Assembly: GCA_001949185.1 (NCBI GenBank)
Contig: BDGG01000002.1
Location: 4,764,448 to 4,828,447 of the forward strand
Reading direction: 5' to 3'
Length of the DNA: 64,000 nucleotides
From: Ramazzottius varieornatus
Lineage: Eukaryota; Animalia; Tardigrada
Below the pieces are notes generated by a model. That model saw only the letters and a list, made by a program, of their open reading frames with translations, made no database searches and was not told where the DNA came from. The position numbers and the translations under genes are program-made. Below are positions 1 to 11,400 of the stretch, piece after piece. Numbering within the stretch: position 1 is the first letter of the stretch; every line of letters starts with the position of its first letter.

Positions 1-395
1 AACATGGAAGCACAGGCTGCTGATGTCGAGAAGGTAAAATTAGCGGTTAACCTCAGTGTTATTTCAGCTTGTTTATTCTGGTATGGTTTCTTCAGAAAGC
101 TGCTCAGCTCACCACCAAGCATCAACAAGCTCAAGAGGAACTCCGGAAGAAGACGAACTCCTTAGGTGCCAACGTTCAGAAAAGAGCGAAAGTCCTGAGG
201 ACGCAGGCCAACAACATACGGCAGTCGACACAAGGGAAGCTCCGCGAGCTTGACGACCTCGAAGTCAAGCTACCGCAGAACGAAGCCAAGATAAGGAGTA
301 TCAGCTCGGAGATAGACGAACTGCTAAGGAGGATGAACCAAGCTTATTCCGTTATCGATGACCGGGAAAAGTTTTATCGAACTTGTAGCCTTTAG
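1..395 (+). CDS. LAMB1: Laminin beta chain, C-terminal coiled coil (gene begins upstream of the window); exons 1-33 and 96-395
   Basis: Heptad coiled coil ending ...LLRRMNQAYSVIDDREKFYRTCSL*, resembling the laminin-beta terminus (Y-x-T-C with the terminal interchain Cys). The GT-AG intron 34-95 joins NMEAQAADVEK to KAAQ in frame. Confidence 0.75.
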
Positions 396-1133
396 GTCTT
401 CCTTTTTGTTGTATTGAACCTGCTCCCTCTCTTTTGCATTTTGAATCAATAGTGCTCACGTTATGTTCCTGTTTTATTAATTGACTTTCTAGATTTTGTG
501 CCTAAGCATCAACGAATGTACACGACATGGCACAGCATATCATCCGTATACTGTCCGGTCCACCGCGTTCCACCATATGTCAGTAGGAACCATATCTCAC
601 TTTGGTCTTCGATATTTCCATTCCCCGGTTATAAGCCAAGTTAAGTTCCGGAAGTTGCACGCCAGCCCGTCACTTGAGTTCCTTCCACCTGAGCAGATTG
701 AATCAAACAAATTCCGGATGATGAACCCTGTTCGAGTCTTCTGACTGTCTGCGGACATCTCGATTTCGTTCCGACGATGGTCAACAGGAATTTTACTTGG
801 GAAAGTTTCAAAACTACAATCGTCGGAGACAAAAAATCTTCCACGTTACGCAAGTGTAAAAAGTATGGTTGAAACGTCAAGAAGTGTACAAGAAAGGTCT
901 CTATCCAATCCAAGACTAAAGATATCATCGACGACCCAAAAACGTATCGAAGAGATAAAAAAGACGCAGAATGATTTCAAGCGAGTCTAGAAGAGAATCA
1001 AAAACTAGAAACATAAACGATCGGTTCGAAGTACAGTACCAAAAGCTGAAAGTTGGCTCCGCGACCAAAGATGCTAACTTCGTTCAGCCACAACTGAAAG
1101 ACAGGACCAACGTGTCCAAAAGCTTCACGTGTT

Positions 1134-2549
1134 TTACTGGTCCCGTGAAGGCTGGATCGAAGGACCTGCAACGAGAAAACACGACATTGTAACTTTGCTA
1201 AAAATACTCAACCAGAAAATGAGGAAAAAGAGAACTCACCGTAATACACGCCTGGCATCGAGTACTGAGGATAACACGGCTGACTTAGTACTTGGAACGG
1301 ATGATAACCCGACCAAGTGTGGACTATGAAGGTAGTAGGAGCCTGGACGTAAGGTTGAGCAGGACGACCACAGAACGCTGGCTGGACCGACGGCATCAGG
1401 GCGCTACCTGCAACAGAAAAGACAGATATTGAAACTTGAAAGCTTGTTGGAATATATTGTTAGGACGTAACATCAACATACCTTGCGAAGAGTTCTGCTG
1501 AAAGTTGATCGTGCATCCCTGGAACCGTTGATCGCGCTGAGCTTTGTCACTGAACGAGCTGCGCGATCCTTGGTACTGGTTCCTTGGATGAGGATTGCCA
1601 CGAGGTCTGCCTCGACTGACTTCCCGCGGCGAATCATGACGCGATGTGGAGAGACGCGCTGAGGTGGAGGAAGGGTGACGAGTACACTGACCACTAGAGC
1701 TCGATTCAGACGAACCCGGAAGCGATAGACTATCCTGACGATGCCGGAGTATGCTACCCGGAAACACTTCCCTAGCCAATGGGAGCTGATCCAAGTTCCA
1801 TCCCATGGTACGCACTGCTTTCATCTGGTCCATCGTCGCTTGATTCAAGGAATGGCAGTGAAGCAGGACAGCCGATTTGAAGACTCGAAGGCTGAAAGAC
1901 AAATACAGATCCTTTCGTTGACTGGACCACCTAGCACGAGCCGAACAAAGAAATGAAGCGAATTTAAAAATACAGTGTTTGTTGTACTTACAAGCCATAC
2001 CGACAATAAACCACCACCTCATCCTCATAGATCTTTTGAATCCAAGCAGGAATGACCTTCACGTGGTCAGTGGTAAGGTGGAAAAGCAGACGGGCCTGAA
2101 AAGATACGTGTGTACCGCGTAGAGAAAGTACGCGTTCATCACTTCTGTGACCTCGGATATCCACTTACTAGAATGTAGACCGAGTTTCCTCGCCAGAAGA
2201 CATCGCCACCACGCTGAAAATAATCAAAGCTGGGTTTTGCAACAGAAAGAGAGTGGTCTTGGGTATCCTCAGCCGAGTCGCGATGCTCTTCAAGAGAGTC
2301 CTCCCTTTCCTCGTTTCCTTCCATCACTGAACTGCAATCAAACGACGACGACAGATCAGAACCTAGCCTGGCTAACACTGATTCCGAGAACAGAAGTGCA
2401 AAATGGTTCCGAGCAGTTGTTATTGTACCACCAGGGAGAAAGGCAGAAAGGAGGAAGCGATCAGCATACCGTGGAGAGGATGACCCGGATCGGGAAGTGG
2501 ACGTCGAAGGCAGGGCATCCTTCTGCAGCTGATTCTCCTCGTGACCCAT
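1134..2549 (-). CDS. Uncharacterised 6-exon protein: acidic/Ser-rich N-terminus, ~90-aa compact central segment, Ser/Arg-rich region, P/Q/Y-rich C-terminus
   Basis: ATG at 2549 (MGHEENQLQK). Five GT-AG introns (donors GTATGC, GTAAGT, GTATGG, GTATGT, GTGAGT) all join in compatible phase, ending ...GVYYGPSIQPSRDQ* at 1134. No family recognised. Confidence 0.55.
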
Positions 2550-3140
2550 CCTGGGTGCTCCTGCTTCAGCTGCTGTCCAAGAAGCCACCTGAAAACGAAG
2601 AAAAAATTTGGGAAGCAATGGTCATCACAACTCCGAGAATGGTTAGAAAACCCCCATCGTGGGAAACAAGTGAACGAGAAGTGGCTGTCCTCAATGATTC
2701 CTCATTCTTCAGCAGGCTCTTTTTGTCGCAGTGTCTGCAGAATGAATTCATGAAACCGCTCGCCTAAACGTAGGCCAGTTTACCAACAAAAACTCTACGA
2801 TAACTCAATGGCGGGCCGCACTGTAACACGCTATGATATTGAATGCGGTTAGCTTCGCCTACCACTCGTATGTCATGTCATGTTATATTTATATAAAAAA
2901 ATCTGACATTTTCAGCACAAAGTTTAGGATGACGGAAAAAAGGGAAGAACAAGTACAAGAAAACTTGAAAGCTTCCGTCTGGAACAGTAGACTTCACCTG
3001 AGGTATAAGAAATTTGAAAGCAGTCACCGTGGGACAGGGATAAACCTGTTGGTGACCACTGACCGCCGCGCTTCTTCACCGGAAATGAATTAGCTTACGA
3101 AGTGAAGCAATAGAGTTCAAATAGAAGATATAAAAACCTT

Positions 3141-3632
3141 TCATTCTTTATTCCCAATGACTCCTCGTTCCACGAGCTCTGGAACTTCCACGGCAAGCCA
3201 CGGGCCAAGGCCAAGAGCAAATGCATGAGCGATTCCAAATTTCGGGACATTCTTCGCCCACAATGGCTTGAAATGGTCAGTCAGGCAGATTTTTCCTCCA
3301 CGATACATCTTCGCCGTCTTGCCGTCCAGTTCGGGAATGGCAATCTCGGGAGCCGTTCCAGGATACGTAACAGGAATGTCAAACTCGACGTCGAATTCAT
3401 ACTTGATCAGCTGGTGAATGTACCAACACTTTCCAAACCATCTGGTGCCTTCTTTGTTGGACTCTAGACGAAACCAGTCGTTGTCTGCAGACTTGTTGTT
3501 CTCCACGTATTTGATCAGCGACAGGTACTCCTCCTTCAAGCGCTGTGGCCATTGGTCTTTGTCCCGAGGTCCAGCATTGGTACCTAAAAGAGGAATCTGC
3601 GTTAGGGTCTTTTTGGTCACCTCGTCCACCAT
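3141..3632 (-). CDS. UFC1: Ubiquitin-fold modifier-conjugating enzyme 1 (UFM1 E2), intronless CDS, 163 aa
   Basis: [16 protein letters not shown]...[18 protein letters not shown]...[32 protein letters not shown] matches the highly conserved UFC1 sequence, including the TAK motif and catalytic Cys. Confidence 0.97.
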   Translation of the reverse strand: MVDEVTKKTLTQIPLLGTNAGPRDKDQWPQRLKEEYLSLIKYVENNKSADNDWFRLESNKEGTRWFGKCWYIHQLIKYEFDVEFDIPVTYPGTAPEIAIPELDGKTAKMYRGGKICLTDHFKPLWAKNVPKFGIAHAFALGLGPWLAVEVPELVERGVIGNKE

Positions 3633-3985
3633 GGCCACGTCAGGTTCTGATAGGGAGCTAGACAGAGCGCTATCGCACTGTTCGCACTCTCGGCACTCTG
3701 CTTCTTCCGATCTTTGAGCAACTGGATGACCGGAGCCGAACTCCAACAGCGCTAGGGATGCCAGCTCGAGGACAATCCCAAGGCAGAGTGAGGAAATGGA
3801 CCTAAAGTAAACCCTCTCGAGGTTCCGGAAGGTGCAAAAAAAACTGGGGAAGACGTCGCCGAAGATAGAATGACATGTCAGATCTTACATGACGGGACAT
3901 AACCTGGCACGACATGGTTGGCATAGCCGGACGACATGACACTGGGACATGCCATGTGATGGGACCCACACATTCGTAACTAAAT

Positions 3986-4023
3986 AAGTCTTCCCAAGTC
4001 TTCCCAAGTCTTTCCCAAGTCCC
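3986..4023. repeat. Short tandem repeat (AAGTCTTCCC) x3-4 in the UFC1/HDHD3 intergenic region
   Basis: aagtcttccc aagtcttccc aagtctttccc aagtccc, read directly. Confidence 0.85.
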
Positions 4024-4083
4024 AACTCAATCTTATTCTTCTGTTATCTGAAGCACAGATCCTTCTGTGTCTTATTACGAGCA

Positions 4084-5029
4084 ATGATGTCACGTCTGCG
4101 ATTGGTAACGTTTGACATCATGAACACCATCCTGAAGACGAAGCGCTCCATCGGACAGGAATACCTGGACATCTTCTCGACTCGCTTCGGCATCCAGTTC
4201 GAGTCAGCTAGAGTGGACCAAGAATTCCCCAAAGTCTTCAAGAGCATGTGGGAAATCCATCCTAACTTTGGAGCCGCAGCCGGGATTTCGGCGCGGGAGT
4301 GGTGGGCTACCGTCGTTCGAGCGACAGTGGAGAATGCCGGAGTGGACATGAAGGATGCAAAGACATTTGACGACGTTTCCAAAGCCTCGGACGTCTTATT
4401 CGATGTCAGTACGCACTTAGGTAGGAAACTTATACTGCTCTATGTCAAACTGGAACATGATGTTTACGGTCCTGTGCTTTTGTTTAGCATTACCAGACTC
4501 CAGCGCCTTGGACTGTCATTGAGTCTTCAAGAATGGCACTGTCCGTACTGAAAAAGCAATACAAGATTGGAGCGATCTCGAACTTCGATGAGCGTTTGAC
4601 GGGGCTTGTGAAAGAGCTAGACATGCAGAAATACTTTGACTTTGTAATTCTGTCTCGCACGGCAGGATTCTGTAAGCCGGACAGACAGGTATGCACAGCT
4701 ACGAACCATGATCATAACAGATACCGGTAGATTTCGGTCCCCGCGCGGCAGTTCCTCGTATATATAATCATACTGTTTTTCTTGTGTAGATATTCAATCT
4801 AGCCCTGGAGAAGGCGGGAGAAACAGACGCAACCTCAGCTCTACACGTCGGAGACAACCTGACGCTGGATTACAAGGCTGCAAAGGAAGCAGGCTGGAAT
4901 GCTGTGTGGCTTTGTCGGGACGAGACGGAAAGGGCCACCTATCCACTAGATGCTACGGAGGTCGTTGCAGACTTGATGGACCTAACGAAGTTACCACTCT
5001 TTTCCCAAGGCCTTGCTGTTCCGCCATAA
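4084..5029 (+). CDS. HDHD3: HAD-like hydrolase domain-containing protein 3 / Reg-2-like; exons 4084-4404, 4488-4688, 4790-5029
   Basis: Motif I LVTFDIMNT, motif II ISNFDERL, motif III KPD, motif IV HVGDNLTLDY. Two phase-0 GT-AG introns; AATAAA overlaps the stop codon. Confidence 0.9.
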
Positions 5030-7093
5030 TAAAACTCAAAGGTAAAACAGAAATTCTAGGTATTTACTAGCTCTTTTCGAGATCGTGTTCTTTGATGCAA
5101 GCATGATTACTGATCGAACGTAAGCTTATTTTTATTTTGAAATAATGGGTTACTGTACTTCTGTCCGGAGTCTGATACAGTGTGCAAGTGCAAGGCATAT
5201 GGAATTTCAAACGGAAAAAATTAAGGAAACGAGGCTGTACACATTGGACGGCGGATGTAGATGGGTGCTCTGCATCGAGAGCAGTAGGAGGTTAATCATA
5301 ATTTTGCACACTATTGCATGAAACTCGCTAATAGACACGCTAAGGATACAAAAGGCTCTGCCAAGCTTGGCTCTGCCTATTGGGTCTCAAACAAGGTGCT
5401 GTAGGGGATACACGATGTTGATGAAGGGCTGCGTTTTCGGTGCGCCGGCGCGAAAGATCATTAACAAGCCAGGAACACCTTCTTTCGACAACATTCTAGA
5501 GTTGCTAGCGATGATGCGCGCTTCGGTCCAGGACACAGTGCGACTGAATACCGGGATACGGTGGAGAACTCTGCAGTGGTCATCCCTAGGCCTCGGCACA
5601 TCGGTCCTTGGACGAAGAAGATTTTTAGTCCAGGAACAAGGTACGGCAGATAGGTTTGATGCTTCGGGAATTCTAAAGAACGAAATCTGCAGAGACTGGA
5701 GATGGGATTCATAGCCAGCAATCGTACAGATGCAGCACAGATCTGAGGACGAAGATGGGCTCTTTTAGCCTAGGTCTCGAGTGTTAAAAGATGAAACCAA
5801 AACATTGTGCTATATTTCTGTGGAGAATGTCGGCAGGATCAGCGTACCGCCGCGCCTTGCGGCGGGCCGAAAAGAGATTACTCCTTCGTGTCGGCTGATG
5901 GGGAATGCTGTTGTGCGGTGCCTGATGTTACCTGTCATGTACATTCGCGGCTCTCACTTCATGGCTCAACCCTCTTGGGCTTTTAATCTTCCCCTATTGA
6001 TTGATCTAATTCATGGGGATTGGCAGGTAGGTAGATACCCGTCTAATCGAATATCGACGCGATTTTCCCCATACCGGTAAGTGCGGGAAGTCCTGCCTTA
6101 AAAAGCACAGCAGGCGGTACTTCGCTCGGCTTCTCCTCATGCACCGGAAGTGCAAGGACAGAATGAACAGCTGAACCAGAAACCTTACCATCAGTCATTT
6201 TCACAAATATTGGGAATATTTCACGGTGGATGATATTCGTTCTCTATAGAAAATATAGCTTTACTCTTCCGTGCGGAGTCGCTTATGGCGCTGTAAGGGC
6301 TAATGGCCGTCATCGATCGGAGTTCGAGGAAAAGAGAGAGGTTGGTTGTCATGCCGCTGGTTTCCGCCCAGGTGAAGTGCTCGGCGCTCGAAATTTGATC
6401 AATAAAACAGGTAGAGAGGGTTGTTATTCGATATGTGCCGCTAGTCCCTTTTCCGATTATCTGCGTCTCGGCTTCCCACAGGTCACGGGATGAACAAAGA
6501 TCACACACCCCATAAAGTGCTTTCTTACGCTGACGGGTGACATCGCCGATAATGAGGCCACTGATCATACAGCTTTGCTTACCCATCCTCCCATCATCCA
6601 GGATAACTCGTACAGTGCCTCTGTACGTACGCATGCAATGTTTTTACCTGGTTCAAGACGCTAAAACGTACTGGACTGGCATGGAGAAGCCAGAGAGAAT
6701 GTTCACAGGTCCGATCCAACCCTTTTCGGACTCCCCGTTCGTTCATAACATACAATACGTGATATAGAAAATATGTAGTATGTAATATAGAACTCCCAAT
6801 AAAATAACGGAGGAACAAGAGACACGAGCTGCTGGTACGCCACCTCTGTCGCCATTGATCACTTCGAAACCCGCAGCTTCGATATCTTTCTGTCGGGTTC
6901 GCGGGAGACATTTTGGGAAGCTACCAAGCAACCATGAGCATAAAGGTCCGGTTGTCCATGAAGGACAGTGTCCCGCCTTTGTTGGCGCATTTAGTTCGGT
7001 ACGAGGCAAGCTGGATGGCTTGTGATCGCGCCCCCTAACTCTGTACTCCCTACTTCCACCCTCTTGCAGGACGAACGGTGTTGTGTGATACTT

Positions 7094-8246
7094 ATGGCTA
7101 TTCCGGCACTACCCGTCTTTGACGACGAGGAGCCGGAAAATATAACTCCTGTGACGATTTGCCAGCTAGGCCGATTGGCCCTTTTTGTTGCTACTGTTGT
7201 TGGCGCTCGACGAGTCCGCGAATCGTTATGGGAGCGCGAACTGTCAGCGGTTAGCGCACTATGGTCGGCGTCACCACGACAAGTGCTACGGTCCTCGTTG
7301 CTCATTAATGCCTGTCTGGTTGTTGACATCCTGTTTGCTGTTACCGTTGGGCTAAGGATGTCGTCGGCGTTGTTCGGCCAGCCACTGCCCAATCTATTCG
7401 GACAAAACTCGTGGTTTTTGGGCGGACTTTTCCTTATGGCGTACGTACTCAGTTTTCCTTTTTCACGTAGGCTCTTTATTTGTTGGGCTACATAACTTTT
7501 ATGTATTTTTCAGTTGTTTTTTTTCTGTGGAATTCAAACCATTCTAATTTTAGGCAAATTCTTCCATTGTTTTTGCGGATGGCGCCACAAGACCGACTGA
7601 AGCTCCGGTTCAACCTGCGCGCTGGTCCTCGTTCTATTCCCACCGATTCCATTCGTTTTGCGGCCTTTCTGGATCTTATGGCCCTATTATGTGCATTTCC
7701 GGTCATTTCCACATTGACTTATGGCGGTATATTGGAGGTTACTGCGGAAATTCCCACATCGAGCTTCCTCCTGATGATTTCAGTGTCAACCATTGCCGTC
7801 ATGCTTCCTGTTGCACACAACGTACCAGTGTCGCAAACACCGCTGGCTCTAACATCCAAGCCGACCAGGAAGGAGAGGATCGAGATGCTGCTGAAGAAGG
7901 TAAGCGAGTTTCCAGTTTAGAATGCTTTGTACGTTTACGCTGTTCATATACGTAGGAGAGTGATGTAAACGTTTTGGATTTGCGCGTGAAGAACTATGAT
8001 AAGGAAGAGGACGAGCTGACAGAAGTTCCGCCTGTTGTCTCGCAACTGCACAACGTTATGGAATCTGCTGCGGACAAAGATGCGCATTTCAGCGACAGTG
8101 ACGAAAGACCTTGTCTTACTATCAACTCGGAAGGTTGCAGTCCGCTCCTTATAAACAGATTACAGCAGATGGAGCACACCTACCACGGAAGAAAGGCTAC
8201 TTTACGAAGCCAACGTCGAAACAGCAATCAAATGGGCGATGCATAG
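7094..8246 (+). CDS. Uncharacterised multi-pass membrane protein (~327 aa) with acidic C-terminal tail; exons 7094-7440, 7554-7899, 7956-8246
   Basis: Three ORFs join in phase through GTACGT..TAG and GTAAGC..TAG introns; several hydrophobic segments. Upstream exons are possible because there is an acceptor at 7069. Confidence 0.55.
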
Positions 8247-8473
8247 ACCAAACTCTGTTTTATGCCTACCCATAGGTCACCTTCTCGGGGCTTTTTTTCA
8301 GAAATTAGGTTTTAGGATTTTATATGTTTGAGTCTTTAACTGGTGCAACGAAGACAAATAAATTTTCACGAGGTCAAAGTTCTCTGCTGAAAGCCCAAAA
8401 ACCGCAGTCGTGCAAAAGAATCAGTGCGGTTGTAGAAACCTTACATAGAAAATGTAAAGAGAGATTCACAGTT

Positions 8474-11400
8474 TCAAACTGAGCAAATTTCATAAAGTAC
8501 CATCTGTGAGTATTGAGCATTGATGGGGCCTTGGACAGTGAAGGTCTTTTGGCCTGTAATACTGTTTACCGGGTTGGGCTTAACCTGGAAGAAAACGACA
8601 CGGTATTCAAAATGCGACTATTCAATATGAGCGCGTTGATTCAGACTGACCGAGTGAAAATGACAGCTGCATTTCCCTCTGTGGAACTCATCAAACCGGG
8701 AAGCAGTCATGGCGAACGTGTCGACTACGCGAAAGCCGAGTTCCTTACTTTGCCGACAGAGTTCGTCATTTATCTGTCTCAGCTGCTGAATCTGTCCCTG
8801 GAGAGACGAAATATGGGTTTCAGTTGGTCTGCTTCTTTCGAGTGTCTTTGTACTTACCTTTTCAACGTGCTTCACTCCAGGCGCCGGAAGAAAGAATCCC
8901 GAACCGAAGGACTTGATAAGTACTTTGCTTTCTTCCAGTCCTTTCCTGGCCAAGGCTTTCTTCAGTTCCACCAGATGGGAAGGTCGCAAAAACTGAAGTC
9001 CCCCAACGACAAATACCGTCTTGTTCGGTTCTACCGTGCCGATGGACTGTAGAACCTGATGGAGTGTCTTGGTCAGAGATGGGCGTTTCCGCGTGGGAAG
9101 CCAGAACTGCGGGTAGTATCCAAATGTCATGTTCGAGTTCCGGTCTGAACCAAAGTTCAGTTCATAGGTCTTCACCGAATGCGTCTTCTCGTCCACCCAC
9201 AATGTTCCGTTGGCACGCTGGATAAGCTCCGTCATGATACCCCGATTTGTCGAATCCCCAAGGAAAATAATCTGCCATAGCGATAAATAGAAGTGAGCTT
9301 CGTCCTTCTCGATGCGGTCACGAACGGTAGCGGACCTACCTTTTTGCCTTGTAGGCAGTTCTGCGTTGCTACTTCGTCCATACCTTCTTGATTGCCTGGG
9401 TCTGCGACCGCAAAACTCGACGTCTTCCACTTTGCTTGGGACCAGTCACATGCTGACTCGTTTCTGCAGTTCTTCAAACAGGGCAGTACCCAGCGGTCTC
9501 CTGGTGAGGTCGTCCGAAGATACACAGAAGAGTTTCGAGTGTCGTCCGCGCCAGCTTCCTCTTCAAGTCCACAAGCGCCGATGGGGTAAAGTCTCAGGCT
9601 GCACGACTGTAAAGAAAATTAATATAAATTTTTCATCGTGTCATGTATGAGTTCCCACATTGCACGGCGTACCTGACGCCATGAGCAGCTCCAGTGAGGT
9701 GTTTTGTCCAAGTCGATCTTCGCTACCGAAACCTCTCTGCCTTCGCGGAATATGGTGAAGACATAAGTCCGCAGCACGTCGAAAGCTGGCGAGAGCTTGA
9801 CAACGTTGATGGAAATGATATTCTCGCCTATTCCAACTGTGTAAGTAGCTTGCCTGAAAAACAAACACACTTGTTGGTCAGGTCGCCAGTTAGGCCATAT
9901 GACTTGACGAGAACGCTTACTTCGCAGAGGAGTTGTCGCCGGCCAGTACCACATCAGTCGAGCAATCGGCAGGCACAATATCCATCTTAACAGACATCGT
10001 GTTAAAGGGTACGTGAATTTGGTAAGAGGATATCAGAGGATGGAATGGCGGTTCCAGCATAAAGATCGGGCTGATCCGGACCGACGTCACCAGGGATCGG
10101 AATATGGAATCTGCAAAAGGCATCATGAAATGTTTGGGTTTTGTTTTATTAGGACTTCTGCGAACGCAGCGTACCATACTGACAATCACGATTCGGAACA
10201 GGACTAGGCTGTTTTGGTGCGTCATCAATGGTATTCAGGGTATCCGTATCGATAGCATTCCCCATTTCCCAGCAAGACCGGAAGTCAGTGTCGTATAAAG
10301 CTTTCCCATGCACTGACTGTTGAATCGTTGGTAGAGTGTGAAAGCCGTATCTAGCAGCTTTGACTTGAAGAGGGACGGTTCCTGCTGCGCGACGTAGATC
10401 TTCATCGTCCAGCGAAAGTCCTTGAAAGTCCTCGAGGCTAACAAGGCCGTAGGCTAATTGTCCTGCTGATATATCTCCACTTTCTTCGTCCAAGGGGCTT
10501 CTGTCGAGCAGGAGTCGCAGTGTGCTTTGCAGTACCTTAGCCGGGACAGCAGATCCTGACAGACTAGAGTGATCGGCGACAGACACCACGGCAGCTTCAA
10601 GACCTGACGTCAAGTGAATCACAGCTTCCAGAACCTGGTAAGATGTAGCGTCTTCCATTGAATTTCCATCCCGAACAGTTACGTTCCTAAAAGCGTCTGA
10701 TATCGCTCTTTGCAGGTTGTCCCATAGCGCATAGGGAGGGCTTTGCGTCGTTTCCTGTAAATACTTCTGAAACTGGGCGAGGCTCCACACAAGTTCCGCT
10801 TCGAAGTTCTGGAAAACAGATTCTATTCTGAAGCTCATCGATCAGCATAGTTTTGCACAAATCTTTCTGCCCTGCAGTACCTGCTGGTTTCCGTATTCAG
10901 TAAAACCACCGATGCGGACGACGCCTTCTTGATGCAGAAAGATCAAGGTTGCTGGCGACTTCAAAGCGACAACAAAGAGTGATATCCGCACCGGTCTCTC
11001 GAGTACGAGGAACGGAGGCTTTATGAAGACTTTTGCGGAAAGGTTCTCTGCCTTTTGCAGCTCCTTCCAAAAGAGCGTGGAGTTCCATGTTGGAACGGTG
11101 ACGAAGGTGGCGACACCTTCCTGAACAACTGCCCACAGTTCTCTCTCACCACTCGAAGATCTCTCCGGGTTCTTCACCGTTTCTTCCCGATCAAAACACC
11201 GAAAAATGGCCGTCTTCGCACCTGAGACCAAAACAGTAGTCAGTATGCATCATAATTCTTTTTATATAGATAGTGTGCTAAATTTCGGGAGAGTTCGACT
11301 TTTACCGATGTTGCACGTTTCAATGCTGTTTATGTGATCCAGCGCGGGGGTCATTCCGTCGATAAAGTTGGAAATCTGCGAAGAGAGAATTGAAGGTTCA

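Noticed and set aside
2147-2767. 206-aa plus-strand ORF
   Set aside because: Antisense shadow of the phase-consistent minus-strand gene; non-ATG start and no motifs.
3633-3746. N-terminal extension of the UFC1 ORF
   Set aside because: It starts at TTG; conserved UFC1 begins at MVDE (3632).
5300-6990. Several ORFs and splice-like signals on both strands
   Set aside because: I could not assemble a consistent spliced frame or recognise a family; a gene may still be present.
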